A DNA stretch of 64,000 nt from Felis catus (GCF_018350175.1 NC_058383.1:8620001-8684000); one strand, 5' to 3'; positions 23,856 to 37,788 are shown, counted from the stretch's first letter. Notes: generated by a model from the sequence alone, not told the origin. Numbers and translations are program-made.

Positions 23856-24045
23856 AATGTTGATTTATTTTGAGAGAGACAGTGTGAGTGAGGAAGGGAC
23901 AAAGAGAGAGAGAATCCCAAGAAGGTCCTGTGCCATCAGAGCAGAGCTCGGACGTGGGGCTTGAACCCACGAACCGCGAGATCATGACGTGAGCCGAAAT
24001 CAAGAGTCAAACAGACACTTAATCGACCGAGCCATGCAGGGCCCC
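23853..24045 (-). mobile_element. CAN-SINE
   Basis: tttattttgagagag...gagaatcccaag...gagatcatgacgtgagccgaaatcaagagtc...cgaccgagcca; followed by (TTG)n. Confidence 0.9.
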
Positions 24046-26205
24046 TGTTTTGTTGTTGTTTTGTTGTTGTTGTTGTTTTTAATTTAAATCTGCTAACAAG
24101 TCTGGAGGTATTCTAGTTCTCCAGAAAGTTATGCAAGGTGTGACCAGAATTTCATTCAGACGTGTAACTGTGTGAATTATGGTCCAGGCTCTGAAGACTG
24201 GAAATGCTCTGGCAATGGAGCACCGAGTGCAGAGCAGGGTTTGGACTTTGGCAGGCCCTCCGATTCATAAGTAATGGCAGGCTTGAATGCTGATCTTAAA
24301 TGAGACTCCCAATGGATAAATCATACGGGGGGGGGGGTGCTCCTGGGGAGGAGAAGCGTTTAAGCAGCGTGGGGGCTCCTGAAGGGTGTCTCTGGAGCAA
24401 AGAGCCCTGGCCCTGGTTTGATTGTTAAACTACAGCGTAGTCCCCGCAGCCCTGCAGTGTGCTCCCGGGCAGTCCCTGTCTGGGTTACGTCCGCGTGCAG
24501 GGAGGATGGTGGCCTTGCTGAGCCGCACGAGCCAAGTTCCATCCCAGGCTGAGCTCCAGCCAGCTTTCCAGGTTCCTTAGATGCTGGACATTGTAGAAGT
24601 TACGTGGGCATCGCTTTTCCTGGTGACATGAAGGAAAAGGTGGAGCTAATCCGTGAGCCTCCCCCCCCCCCCCCCCCCCCCTTACAAGCCACGGTGGGTG
24701 GGAATCCTGATGGCAAAGCCCTTCGGGCCTGGTAGCCGGGGCGAGCGTGGCCCTGGGTACTGGCTGCTCTTTGAGGACTGGTGTGGCCCAAAGAAGAGAC
24801 CGGGGGTGTTGGGTGTGGATTATATTTGGACAAAAGGAACCTGAAGCTTTGATATGGCCGCGATGGGGGTGTTCTGTTCAGCGGAGAGTGCTTGTCCGTG
24901 GGGAGGGGTGTCAGTAAGCTTTGCTGCGTGACCGGCTGGGCTCAGCCTCGGGGCGACAAGAAGAACCCGTGTCCTTACAATTCTAGGGGAGGAAGGACTG
25001 AGGCCCCGGAATTCTGAACCCTTCACAGTGGAACCCGAGTAACTCCGTGCAGCGACCTGCAGGCCAGAGCCGCCCTCTAAGAGGTGTCACGGGGATTAGG
25101 CCTTTAGGCAGAATCAGAGGTGGTTACTGTTGCCGGATTGTGGTGGTGACACTGGGGGCAGTGTATGCGAGGCTGTCCCTGCTGACTCAGGGGCCATGTT
25201 TTCTTGTATCACCAATAAAATGAAGCCAGATAGCCTGTCTCGGGAGGGCGGATGCCAGTCGACAGCCTCCCGATGTGGAACTCTCTCACTCCTGCAGGCG
25301 GCCTCCCAGGCGGGCACACTTACTTGCGGGGGTGAGGTTCGGGAAAGTCAGCAAGCGGGCAGATATGAGAATAAAGCCCTACCTGTCACCCTGGGGACAG
25401 GCTCCCACCCAGAGTACGTGTGTCATCCTTGTGCCTTTGGTGAAAGGCGGATGGGTGTGTGCGGTGACAGTCCCCACCCTGGGTGGGGAGGGGACACAGC
25501 TGTGTGTAAGAAGGACCGGCGAGCAGATGGCCAGCCCCGCTTCCACAGCCCTGTGTGCTCCTCGGGAGGGGACAGAGCTCGCCGACTTCAGAACTCTGTT
25601 GGCGTGAACCACACTCTCCGAAAGGAACGTGAACACACAGACTTGGCAATGACAGTGTGCGAAGGAGGCCAGTTCCACAGCTCCATCTACTAATATTTTT
25701 GGTACAAAGCGGTTGCTAAAATTAATTCCAGCCTGAAACTTGATGAATTCTCAGTCATGGAATTAACAGGTTTCGAAATGAAAAAAAAAAAAAAAAAAAA
25801 AAAAAATCGGCTCGATTAAAAATAAATGTTGATGCCGGAAATTTGGAGCCTGTCCCTAACAGACTACATCTGAAGTTTGTCACTTGAGAGGATTCGCTTG
25901 CCTTTTGGCGTTGATGGGGAAGGTGCAGACCGATAGCCATTTGCCACCCCCCCCAACCCCATGATCTCTCAGGAGGAGTCAGTACTATTCTTTATGCCCA
26001 CGGACCGGCAGGCAGGCCCCACCAAGATGCAGCCCAGCTCCCTGGGGCCCCCGAGTGGACTTGGGTCGGCAGGAAGTGGCACTCCAGCGACCACGTGTGC
26101 AGTAAAGAGCACACAGGAGGCACAGCCTCCTTCCAGCCCGCACACCCAGTGCACCTGTCGTCTTACTAGGCCTTGCTCTGAATTTACATCAAGCCAACTA
26201 TTTAG

Positions 26206-26208
<3 letters not shown>

Positions 26209-26246
<38 letters not shown>
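26209..26246. repeat. (GT)19 microsatellite
   Basis: Counted directly. Confidence 0.95.
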
Positions 26247-26248
<2 letters not shown>

Positions 26249-29200
26249 CATTTTGTTTTCAATGAGGTTTCAAACTCCCCCTGCCCGTCTCTGTTCTCTG
26301 GGCCACAACGCGGAGCTGCAGGCCATTGGATAGGAGACCTCTGTGGTCTGACCCCCTTGGAAGCGTAGCCACTCCCGGATGTGCTAGGTGAGCGTCACAA
26401 GAACAGACAAGGGTCTCGCGGTGAAGAACTAGGAGATTTGCTGGTTTAAAGATCACACGCGGGCCGTCGTGAGCCGTTCACTCTTTCCGCCCGGCCTCAG
26501 CTCTGAGTAACGGCCAGGATGTAGCACGGCCAGCCCATTATGGTCCCCAAGCCTCCTTGGTGGCCTTAGCTGCAGGGACTGAAAATTGAGTAAGCGACGC
26601 GTGTTCCTGGATGCATCCACGTGGCAACAAGCTGGGCTTTACCAGCGTTCGAAAAAAACCAATCCTTACTCAGGTGTCCCTGCACCGCCAAGGCTCTGTC
26701 CTCCAGCTGTGAGACCCAGTAGCACTCCCCGGGCTGCCCCGTTGGGCCTTTCTGGCAGCCGGCCGGCTTGGGGATCCAGCGGGGTGAGGTCACCCCGGGA
26801 AAGGGCAGATGTACCGGGAGGGGGAAGCCCGTTCCCCTGCTTTAAACCGCAAATGTCTTCTGATAACTAGTAAAATTGGCAAGCAGAGTGATTGAAAACA
26901 TGTGAGAAGTAACTGGATCTAAGTTTCAAGTAGTACATATTTGAAAAGTTTTCCCCAATGTAAAAGTTACTCTTTAAGAGCCTTAAACTAATAAAAACAA
27001 GGAAATTCCATGTTACGGCTGCCACTCGGCCTTTCCATTTTTATTCCAGCGGTCGGATTTGACAGGTCCCACGCCGATTGGCTCCGGGACCCCGTGAGCA
27101 TTTAAAGCGCGGGGGTGGGGTCCACGAGCAGGCGTTGGCCGCAGCTGGGCTGGGCAGGTCTCCACCGCTGTTTGATGCTAGGCGAATTCCATTCCAGTAG
27201 AGACTATTTTCTCTTCTTGGGGCTGCTTCCTGTATTTACTTTATCCACTGAAGCTGATTCAGGATTAATTTAGAGACAGCTCCGGTTTCTTTCTTTTTCC
27301 TTTATCTCATCGCAGACTTCCCTGGGCAGCTGTCTGCCCCACAGGCGTTCAGGTGGGACATCTCTCACCCTTGGGGACCCTTGTCCCTTGTTCCCGTGGC
27401 TGCTTTGCGGAACTGCAGGGCCTGCTCTTACTCAGCCTCTCCTCCTTCCAATCCATCCTTCCTGTGGCCGCCAGAACGGTCTTTCTAAAGACCTGCATTG
27501 ATCACTATCGCTTCCGAGAGTCGACAATGCGTTGACTCAATGCAGCGTCAGATGCACTTGCGGGGCCTCGTTAGGTGCCCCCAGGCTGTTCCTCGATCCA
27601 CCCCCCGCTTCTTTCTTAGTGACCCAGCGAATAATGGGTGACTTTGGCACTCGAGACCCCGCTGTCCTTGCCTTTTCTCAAAGCAGATCTGGCAGCAACC
27701 AGCTGAGGGCGCTCCGCCTGCCCCCGGCCGATGGAAGGGGAGACCAGCTTCACCTGCTCCACAGTTAAGACCTAATCACGGAACTTTAGAAGAGGAGGGA
27801 GCCCTCGAGTTCTTTCCCTCCGTGCCCTTGGGAGCCGGCTGTCCCCGTGTCCGCCCCAGGCCTGTTGCGCCTTTGAGTTTTCTGCTGGAGTGGAAGGAGC
27901 AGATTTAGGGGCAGAAAATCGTGCCTTTAAAATCTCGATGCATGGCTGTGTGTTCTCGGTCGGGTGACCGAGGTAAGGCCACCGTGGAGGTAAGGGTGGG
28001 ACGGCCGTAATGACCGCGTTGTGGGGTCAGTGTGGCGGTTCGGGCAACAAGGGATGTAGAACCTGAGTCTGTCCGCTGGAGCTGCGGCTGTTTTTCTTAC
28101 CTCTGCCCACTCTAGGCCTTCTGGAAACCTCCTTCGCGCCCCCTTCCCCCTCCATGGAGTCTCTTCCCCCACCCCTCAAGGCCACCTCTTGTTGCCTCGC
28201 CTGTGACGTTGTCCCAGTCCTGCCGACAGGAAGTCCCCTCCCTTCCTGTCTGCTCCCAGGTAGTCTGGATACCGGTCCTGTAGCTCTGCCGTGACAGTAG
28301 TCCGGTTGTGTCCCCGGCTCGGAAGCTGTCTGCGCACCAGTGCGGTTTGTTGCGCCTTTTGTGCCCGGTCTTTCCCACGAGGGGCTTCCTCTGACGGGTG
28401 CATCGTACGTTGACCCAGCGGCTGGGCGGGAGAGCAGCGGTTTCCTGGCGCATTCGGCCCGTGTAGCGTCCCCGGGAGCGAAGCCTTTGGTCTCTGCGGC
28501 CCTTGTTTGGCATAAGTGTGCAAACGTGGTCCGGCTGTCTCTGAAACCGGTCGTGTCCCCTCTTGTGAGGGATCCCCTCGGACCTCCCCTCCCCAGTCCG
28601 GGTGTTCGCGCCGCAGCCACATGTGCTGGGCTGTTGGCTTGGTGGTTACGTACAGCTCCTTCAGTGAAATACAGGTGTATAGAAATCCGGTGAAACCCAT
28701 TAAGCAGACGCTTCGGGGCGGGAGGGTAGCCAGGAGTAAACCAGGAAATCCTCTTTTGTCTCAGCTCTTGTGGAACATCTTGATAAAGTAACTGTGTTGC
28801 TGTAGCTTCCAGAATTAGTAGAGTGTACCGAACATAATTGGTTGTTTTCGTTTGCCATCATTGGCGATCTCGATTATCGTTTCGGATCTGTGGCAATACT
28901 TCCTTTGTGCTTGCATTAGCTCGCAGCATCGGATGTGAACGCTGGCACGGAAGGACGCTGGCCCTCTGCTGAAACCTCACTGCCTGTGGCCTCCTGCCTG
29001 CGATGGAATGGCCCGGGCAGGGAAGTAACCAGAGAGCGTAACCGAGGCCGCTTGGCCCGAGCTCCTTCCTGATGCTGCCCGGGCGATGCCCCGGTGCCTG
29101 GGCCCCTGGCTGGTACCGCTGAGAGGGCCCGGTGGGGTGGGGTGGGAGGTGCCCTTTTGTAGATCACCCTCTACTGGGAGCTGCCTTTCGCCGCCAAACT

Positions 29201-29337
29201 AGAACCCTCTGGCCCCCCTCGCCCCTCGACAAGTCACAAGGGACACAACCGATAGAGAACCAAGAACATGCGTTAGAGAAATGTCATTCCTAGGCTGAAA
29301 TAAGCAGCGTCTGTGCGATTGAAAGGTGACAACACGA

Positions 29338-29560
29338 GGGGCGCCTGGGTGGCTCAGTGGGTTGAGCGACCGACTTCAGCTCGGGTCATGATCTCACGGT
29401 TTGTGAGTTCGAGCCCTGCGTCGGGCTCTGTGCTGGCAGGTCAGAGCCTGGAGCCTGCTTCGGATTCTGTGTCTCCCTCTCTTCCTGCCCCTCCCTGCCC
29501 CTCTCTCTCGCTTTCTCGCTCTCAAAAATAAATAAACATTAAAAGAAATTAAAAAAAAAA
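29338..29560 (+). mobile_element. Feline CAN-SINE (SINEC_Fc-like)
   Basis: ggggcgcctgggtggctcag...tcagagcctggagcctgcttcggattctgtgtctccc...aaataaataaacattaaaa. Confidence 0.95.
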
Positions 29561-30854
29561 TGACAGTGCGGTGTGAGGGGGGGAAAACCGGTGCCGAGAA
29601 CCTGAACTTGGAGCAGTCACAGATCAGAACGCCTTGTAATCGGCATTACTTTCCTGCCTCAAGAACCTTCCCCTCGCGCCCCATGTGGCCCTGGGACGAA
29701 GAGAGGGCTGTTCGTGCCGGGTCAGAGCTGGGAGGGTATTGGGGGGCCGCGCTGGCTGAGCGAGCTGGATTTGGGTTAAGTATGAGAACCCCCTCACATA
29801 GTAGTAGTTGGTCGTAATCCTGTTTCTCGATTGTGTGTGTTCGATAGTTAGCGCCTTGTAAAGTCTGAGTTAATGCGTCCCTCCAGCTATTTTTCAGAAA
29901 GCTCCCCAGGCCAGATGGAGGGCAGCTGAGGGCGGGGCCGTCATTTCCAGCGCCCAGAGTGGGCAGACTGGGAGCAGCCCCTCTTCCTCCCTGGGCGCCC
30001 CGTGCATCTGGCGCAGCTAGAGGTGAAACTCTCGGAGGATTCAAATGGCCCCCTTAACGTCACACTTCCGCTGTGGGCACGGGGAGCCCGCCTGCAGCGT
30101 CACCTGTCGGTGCCCAGCACCCAGGTTTCCTGACTGCGGCCAGCAGCGCCGGTGCCAGGGGAGAGCGGAGGAATCACGACATTCACCTTCTCTGCCATGC
30201 GAGTGTCGTTCTGTGGGGCCATCTGGCTGGCAGCAGGTCTCCGCCAGTGGCAGGATGTTGTAAACCTTGCTCGCTGAACGTGGCACCGAAAGCCTCGAAA
30301 ATTAACTGCAGAGATAAAATCAAAGCTGGCTCCGAGGTGACATCCCTGGGCCCGACACAAGCCGTTCCAAGGGAAGCTGGTCTGAGTCGTTGATAGATGC
30401 CTGTTACACGTTCGGTTTCCCCCAGGAGCCACTTCGGCATTCTTTTAACTTTTGCTGATAAATTCCAGGCGAAAAACATTTGGAGAGCTTTTCGGGGTTT
30501 TATTTGCTAATTAAAACGTGAGAAGGGAACACAGCTACAGGTGGAGTTCTCGTGCAAGCCACAGCTGTGATTTGGCAAAAAAAAAAAAACAAAAAAAAAA
30601 CAACCCCAACCTGACACTTTCAAAATGAAGTTATTAGCACTTCACCTATAACTGTGATAGCTTTTAACTTTCATGATCTGTCTCTTAAGCGCACACCCCC
30701 CCCCCCCCCCCGCCCCCGTAGCATTCAAAAAAGGGAGCTAAGTGAGGAAGTTGGAGGATACTTTACCCTTGCAGAGGAGAAAAAGAGCCCCCATTTTGGC
30801 GGAACCTTTTTAACTTACAGGAGTTTTTCTCCTCCTTCCTGCCATGATGTCTTC

Positions 30855-30950
30855 CAACAACCCCTGTGAGCCAGGGTAGGTGGGATTTTTTACAGATGAG
30901 AAGACCAAGGCTCAGGGCGTCTTGGTGACCTAATTCTTGTAGCCAGGATG
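30855..30950 (-). mobile_element. MIR fragment
   Basis: caacaacccctgtgag...ttttacagatgagaagaccaaggctcag matches the MIR core. Confidence 0.65.
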
Positions 30951-31861
30951 GAGCCTGGTCACCAGAAATTTTCCAGCTGCTCGCTCCCTAGACCTCATGG
31001 ATGCCCCAAGGGATGGGGCTATGTGGGCCAATCGCCCACCGTTTGGGTGACCCGTCTTGGACCGCTTGCAAGATAATTGAGCGAAATGGACTCTCATTCT
31101 GCAAATCAAATTCAGCTGATTGCCCGCCAAGCCCTGTCATATATTCCTAATAACCCCCAAAGCGGCTCAGCCCCAGCAAGCACTGGCTGGTTGGCTCGAT
31201 TCACAGCCTGTGTCTGTGCCGGCAGATGTTTGTGGCCGGGATAGCCCAAACAGAGAGAGCGAGCGAGAGCTGCAGGGCGGCGGATGGCTTTGCCGCCAAG
31301 CTCTTTTCCAGGGAAGGGGAAGGGAGCCGTTGCCAGGGTGGCTGGTGCCCTAACAAATTGATTCCTGCCAAACAATAGAAACAAATATTTTCAACAGACA
31401 GAAATTTTGGCTCCTAAAGCATTCAAATTAAGGGCTTTATTTCTGAAACAAATACTTTAGGAGAAAAGCGTTTACCAGCATAGATGAGATCGGAACTATT
31501 CCTTCTGGCAGTGGCATCATTATTTTTTGAGATTAAAACATGCTATTCGTGTCCCTGCCTAATTTTGAGCCCGTGACCTTACCCCCCATTTGCTGGAGAA
31601 TGTCAAGCGTGTTAAGCTGGGACACGGGGAAGGGGTGTCTGCGTGGTTTACTGCTGAGAGCCTCAGCTTCCATGGAGATGGTCTCCCAGGTCTGGGTTCA
31701 GAACTCGGCTTGGCCCCTGATCCCTGGGTGGGGTACTTTGGGCCAATCCCCCCCCCCCCCCCCACCCCGAACAGCTTATCGTCAGTTTCATCAGTGTGTT
31801 AAGTATCGGTCCTGTAACAGTTAACAGCATCACCCTCGGACCCTGGAGAGTCATTCTAGAC

Positions 31862-32034
31862 CAGCAGTGTGTGGTAGAACTTCCTGCATTGATGGAATGG
31901 TCTTTATCTGTGTCATCAAATATAGTTGGCCACTGGCCCTTGGAGTGTGGCTACTGTAACAGAAACTGAATTTCTAATTTATCTTAAGTGGACATAGCCA
32001 CATGTGGCTAGTGGCTGTCATTGGGATAGTGCAG
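31862..32034. mobile_element. MER3-like hAT-Charlie DNA transposon fossil
   Basis: tagaacttcctgcattgatggaa...gtgtggctactgtaacagaaactgaatttctaattt...atagccacatgtggctagtggct...gatagtgcag follows the recalled MER3 consensus. Confidence 0.8.
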
Positions 32035-32470
32035 TCTCATTCATTCTCCTCAATTAATTGGTCCCTGGGTCCAATTACTTGGTTGACAGGCCAGCCTGCT
32101 ACAGATCTGCCGGCTTCCTGAATGCAGCTGTGGGGGTTTCGGGGCTTCTCTTCTCTCTGACACTCACCTCCTGTCCTGCAGCCAGAGAGCAGCGGGGCAG
32201 TTCCCTTGAACTAGACCACAGCCCCTCCGGGATCAACCTTCGTGGACGTTTTAAAATTGTAACAAGTTCTCATTTGGTTTTAGAATACGTCTCCTAATGT
32301 GCACTAAGCGTAAGAAGAACGGGAGTCACGGAGTGGAGGGAGCTATTCCCTGGGCATTTGTTAGCAAGGGGGAGTCACAGACGTGCCCTGCCTCGGTCTC
32401 CTCATCTGTGACATGGGAGTAGCAAAGCTCCTGTGACTGCTTCTCTTTCAAGTTCATCCCGAGGCCCACG

Positions 32471-32472
<2 letters not shown>

Positions 32473-32542
<70 letters not shown>
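32473..32542. repeat. (GT)35 microsatellite
   Basis: 70 bp pure GT, counted directly. Confidence 0.97.
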
Positions 32543-32544
<2 letters not shown>

Positions 32545-33369
32545 CCGGGGGGTGCCAATAGGTCAGACTTCATTGGCCCTCCCCGGCCCCCAGTGTGGGT
32601 CCTGCAGGGGAACACAGAGGAGGCGGAAGACCAGGTATTCAGACAAGGAGGCTCTCGCTTCTCCCCGGGAGAGAAAGCAAACGAGATAATTAGGAAGGAC
32701 AAGGTGGAGGGGCTACGAGCGGAGGAAGGGTTCTCTGGGCGCCCTGGAGAAGTCCAAGGTGGGAGGGGGTCAGCACTCTGCTGTTCGGTGGAGGCTGCTG
32801 GGCAGAGTTTAGTTTTGTTTTGTGATCTAGCCAAAGAGAATGGTAAAGAAGGCTCCTTACGAAACAGACATTTATTTTTGTAGCTCAAAACTGGGCAAGT
32901 GTCAGCAATTTCCTATGGTTTGGTCAATATGTAAAGCAGGAGCCTTGTCGTCCCGGTTAAAAGCGTCCTGCCCTCTCCCTGCACCGGCCGCGGGCCACGC
33001 GGACCTACTCTTTGCCACACCGGTGCTCCGATCCGTCTGTATTTCATTATGCATCACTGAGACGCCGTCTCTCACGTCTCACTGTTTAAATGAGAGTCTG
33101 GCAAGTATTATATGTAGTGCAATGCTTGTGGGATACATCTGGCATTTTTGTCTTTGCATAGTGGGTTTTCAGCAGGGTGAGGAACAACAAAAAACAAGAT
33201 CTCGGTGCTCTATTGAAATTTCTCAATCCCGAGGAATTCACAAAAGGGCTTGTATAAAAACTTTGTGCTCGTAGTCTTTGTTAGGTCCCTTTATTTATTT
33301 TTATTTTCTGAGTCGGTAACGCATTCACTTGGTTCAAAATTGAATTTCCATTTGAAGGTAGATACCGAG

Positions 33370-33507
33370 GGGGTGCCTGGGTGGCTCAGTCCCCTAAGCG
33401 TCCGACTCTTGATCTCAGCTCAGGTCTTGATGTCAGGGTTGTGAGTTTAAGCCCCGTGTGGGGCTCCACGGTGGGCATGGAGCCTGCTTTAAAAGTAAAA
33501 ATAAAAA
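33370..33507 (+). mobile_element. Short-form CAN-SINE (no CT tract)
   Basis: ggggtgcctgggtggctcag...gatctcagctcaggtcttgat...ggagcctgctttaaaa; degenerate TSD ending in accgag. Confidence 0.88.
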
Positions 33508-34924
33508 GCGTACACCGAGAAAGCTTGCCCCTGCCATCCCCAGTGGTGGAGTTTGTAGATGGAACCGTGACAGGGAGGAAGTCTGTGTTGGAGTAAATCT
33601 TTTTACTTGAATTTCCTAGATCTGGAATGAATACCAAGTTGTGTCCCAGAATTGAGAACTGTTGAGTACATATTAGATGAACAATAGCATCTTTAGAGCG
33701 AGAGCAGCACGAGGAAATAATCTTCATACGAGGTGGGGTCAGCTTGAATAGGGAGAGGAGAAGAGGAACTACCATTGTCATCGTCCCGGGCATTTTATCT
33801 TATTTTATCCTCATGACAGCCCTGTGAGATGTGTATTAGTGTCCCCAGTTTAGGTTAGAGAGCCCGGCTGGTCGCAGAGCTCACAGGTCCATAGGCACAC
33901 CGGTCCCCCAATACACCGCCCCGTAGGCACCTCCTCTCTGTCCCTGTCCCTGTCCGGGGTACGGGGGAGCAGGACCCACTCTCATGGTGGGAAACCCGTG
34001 CTGTGAGTACATCACCTGTGCCCTGGGGACCCGGCCAGGAGGCTGCGTCCCCCTCTAAGGTGGGAGAAGACGGCTGGCTGGAATGCGCAGTGTTTTGGAT
34101 TCAGCCCCAGCGAGCTAGAAACCTGAACTGTAGGCAGTCCCTTGCCTGTTCACCTGCCTGCTTCTTTGTTCCCTGAGTTGAAGAGGCACGGGGTGTGATT
34201 AACCCAGAGAGCTCACTTCTCTGTGGCCAGCGTTTACTGAGTCCCTGCTAGGAGCTGGGCTCTGTACTGGGTGCCCTGGGAAGAGCATTCCCTCCCCCGG
34301 ACCCCTCCTGGGATCTCCTTCTTGGGGGCACGTGGACACAGAGAGGGGGCACATGCGGGCCCTTCTCATAGGCAGGGGAAGAGCCCCAGCAGCGAACCCC
34401 ATATCTGCTTTGCTGCTGCCTGATTTCCCCAAAGCACTATCAGGATGGACTTTCCCACCACTGTTTTTCCATTCCGCATTCTTAGGAGGGGGCTCAATGA
34501 AAGTTGTTTCCTAGGCTGCTAGGAGAGCTTGCTAGGGCGGCTCCAGCAGGAGGAGTCCCTCGTGGGCAAATGATCCTAATTCTCGTAAAATGGTGCCATT
34601 TTAGGGCTAGACCCAGGATCCTTTGAGGCTGAGCAAGAGGGGAGTGTGGGTCTCCTCCAGGCCCCCCACGCCTCCTTTCCCATCCATCTTGCCTTTAAGA
34701 AGCTGGCTCTGTCAGCTGACCCCCTCCTCCTCCTCAGCCCCCACAGTCTCCTGAACTGTTCTCAAACATTCTCTACCATTCAAGGCCTCAGTGCTCGGGC
34801 CAGCCTTTTGCTTGCAGCCTCTCTTTCTGACTGGAAGGAAGCCTTGCAGAGTTGTTAAATTTCTGCCCCCTTCCTGTATATTTTGCTTTTTATTTTTCCT
34901 TTCCTTCTTTCTTAAGCTTACCCT

Positions 34925-35290
34925 TTCATTTAGCAAATATTGACTGCCTACCTGTGATGTGCCCCACTGCCATGTGAAGTGCTGGGAACTCTCCAGTGAG
35001 CAGAAGGCGAGCCCTACTGGAGCTTATAGCCCATCGGGAGACGTGCTGATCTCACACACTTGCACGCAAATGCAGCATTGCAGACCCTTTTGCAAACCAG
35101 GGTCACTGCCACGAGGCACAGTTCAGGGAGCTGGGCTCATACCTTACAGTCTCTTCCGGAGGGGGGTGGGAGGGGCTGGGGGCTGGGGAAATGGTGTTCA
35201 ATCGGAGCTCCTCTGACAGTTTGATGGAGGGGAGCAGGGATAGGTCTCCCAAGTGGAGGGAACAGCTGACGCTGAGGGTCTGAGGGAGGG
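34925..35290 (-). mobile_element. L2 relic
   Basis: tcatttagcaaatattgactgcctacctgtg...gtgctggga...cagtgagcaga...tggagcttatagcc and gagggaacagc. Confidence 0.6.
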
Positions 35291-37556
35291 AGGGGACCTA
35301 GCCCTCTGGGGACAGTAGAGGAAAGCCAGTGTGCCATGGTCTTATCCGAGGCCCCCTAGGACTGACACGCTCAGATCCCCTCTCCTGCCTCCCCGGGAGG
35401 GTGTGTGCTTGTCCTGGCCACCTTTACAGCTCCCCCCAGCTCAGAGAGGTCATTGGTGCTCCCAGGGGATAAAGGGTGCCTGAGTCTTGTGTCTGGGTGC
35501 ACTCTCGCAGCTCCTGTAGGACTCCAGGATCCCTGCCTTCCTGCCTTTAGGTGTGCTGTTTTCCACCGTTCAGTGCCCCCCAGGGTCCCCGCTGGAGGTC
35601 TGTCTAACCGCGGCACGTAGGGCTTCCCGAGCGGGAGTGCTCACCCCCGGCCCCTGGCTGCCACCGCCTGACAGCCCCGTAGCCGCGATTCAGACTTTGG
35701 TGGGACTCTCAGTGAATTGGGGATCGTGCGCGGGGAAAGCGATGGGTGAGAACCAAGGGTCTGAAAAGGGCACCCGAGAAACACAGCCTCAGACTTGGTC
35801 CTCTGCCGAAACTTACAAAGTAAGTGAAAGCAGGGGCGTTTGCTTCAGGACTTCTGCAAGGTTCTCCTTTAAATACCGTGCATTGTCGGTGCACACACCC
35901 ACGGACGGAACAAAATGCACTTCCCGCAGCTCCACGGGGAGCACCACTCTGGGAAACGGGGATGGGGGGGCAGTCAGCTGGCCTATCCGTCCACCAGAGC
36001 CTGCGTCTCATTGTAGGGAAAAACTGAGATTTGGAGAGATAAATGCATACTTTTTAGCAGAAGACATTACAGGTAGGTGCTCAAATTCAAAAGGTATAAA
36101 GGGGAGAAAGTAAAAGGCCCCCCGCCTCGTTCTCCTCCCCAGGATACGGGGTGGTACCCATATCTCTTCCAGAGGCGTCTTGTGTACATATGAGCAAATG
36201 AAATGTGTGCACACGTACCTGTCCACTTACGGTGGGTGTCTTGGTCGCTGTTGGTGGACATGTCTGGGGAAGCAGCCTCCATGTTTCTATTTGAAACCAG
36301 TTATTTCCATATTGGCGTGTTCCTCTTGTGTCCCTGCCACCCCTACCCTGGGGGGGCCTGACCAGGCTCCTGGTTCCTCTGAGCCCCTATTCTTGGTCTC
36401 TGACAGCAACCCCCCCCCCCCCCCAGGTTGTGCCAGGGACTCAGTGAGGGGAAGAGGAGGAGGGGGAGGGTAATGGGGATTGAGCCCATCCCCCCCACAG
36501 GCCCCAGCCAAGATGGGCATCTTCTGCGAACGCTCATAGGGCTTTCTTGCTGGAACTTATATTCTCCCTTTTCTAACACCTGCTCTCTTTTGGTTCCACT
36601 GGGCCAGGCCCTTCTGTCTTGTTGCTTTTCCGTGCCTGCCTGGTTTCCTCCGCTGGACAGTGGGCACCTGGAGGTCAGGGTCGGCTTCTGACTCATCCGT
36701 GCATTCTCTGGAGCCCCCGACCTGGTTGGAGACACTGGTGGCAGACTGAGCTCAGGCCTGAGGTCAAGTGCGTGGCTCTTATAGTACAGAAAAACTCCCC
36801 TTGATGGAGCACATCCCGTGCCCCGAATTGAACATGCTTTATCTTAATTCCCTCCAGAGAGGGAGTGTCATTGGACCAAAACCACACAGGTTACAGCTGG
36901 GATGGAGCCTGGAATCCCGGCCGGGTTGCTCTGAGGCCACTGTCTGAGGAGTCTAAAGCTGTTCTGTGTAGGGGGCTGGGTGGGGGCGGCTGGTAGGTGG
37001 GCTGGGGCCCTTACCCACGGAACTTCAGTTGTCCAAATGACCCTGTTGCTGGAAAGGAAGCAGAAAAAGCCCCGGGACCACCCCATGCAGAGACCGGGGT
37101 TGCCTTTCCCTTTTTGTACGGGTCCTCTTGGTTTCACCGATAAAGCCATTTTGGATTCGTATACGTGATCTGCTGTTTGATTAGCTTGACAGGTAAACCC
37201 AAAGGAAATACCAGATGAACGAACTTTCAATTAAAGTTACAGACAATAAGCAGAGAATACTTATTTGCCTTGTGGAGGCAGTTGGCCAGGTATGTTTTCC
37301 GGCCACCCCAAGGGTGCTGGGGGAGAGGGCTCACCTCCCTGGGCCCAGGAGGAACAGGGAGCCCTTGAGGGCCTGGCAATGGGACTTTATGAGAGGAGTC
37401 TCCCAAAAGCACTGCAGGTACCCCCCCCCCCCCGTTCAATACAGACAAACGGCAGGCATACCTACTTTAAATTGATTTCAAATTGATCACTGAGGTTATT
37501 AAGACCTGTTTTATTTGGGAAAATTTTCTTTTAAATAGGCTCGTGGTCACATTTTA

Positions 37557-37561
<5 letters not shown>

Positions 37562-37609
<48 letters not shown>
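37562..37609. repeat. (TG)24 microsatellite at a SINE tail
   Basis: Counted directly. Confidence 0.95.
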
Positions 37610-37610
<1 letters not shown>

Positions 37611-37613
<3 letters not shown>

Positions 37614-37788
37614 AAGCTTATTTATTTATTTTGAGAGAGAGAGAGAAAGCAGAGGGAGTGAGAGAGGATCCCAATCAGGCTTTGCACTGTCGGCACAGAG
37701 CCCAACGTGGGGCTCAAATTCACAAGCCTTGAGATCATGTCCTGAGCCGAAGTTGGGCGCTCAACCGACCGAGCCACCCAGGCGCCCC
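37611..37788 (-). mobile_element. CAN-SINE
   Basis: tttatttattttgagagagagag...tcggcacagagcccaacgtggggctc...ccgagccacccaggcgcccc. Confidence 0.92.

Noticed and set aside
32454..32888. ORFs with poly-CV or poly-HT runs (also at 23776, 25961, 37483, 45588)
   Set aside because: These are translations of (GT)n microsatellites.
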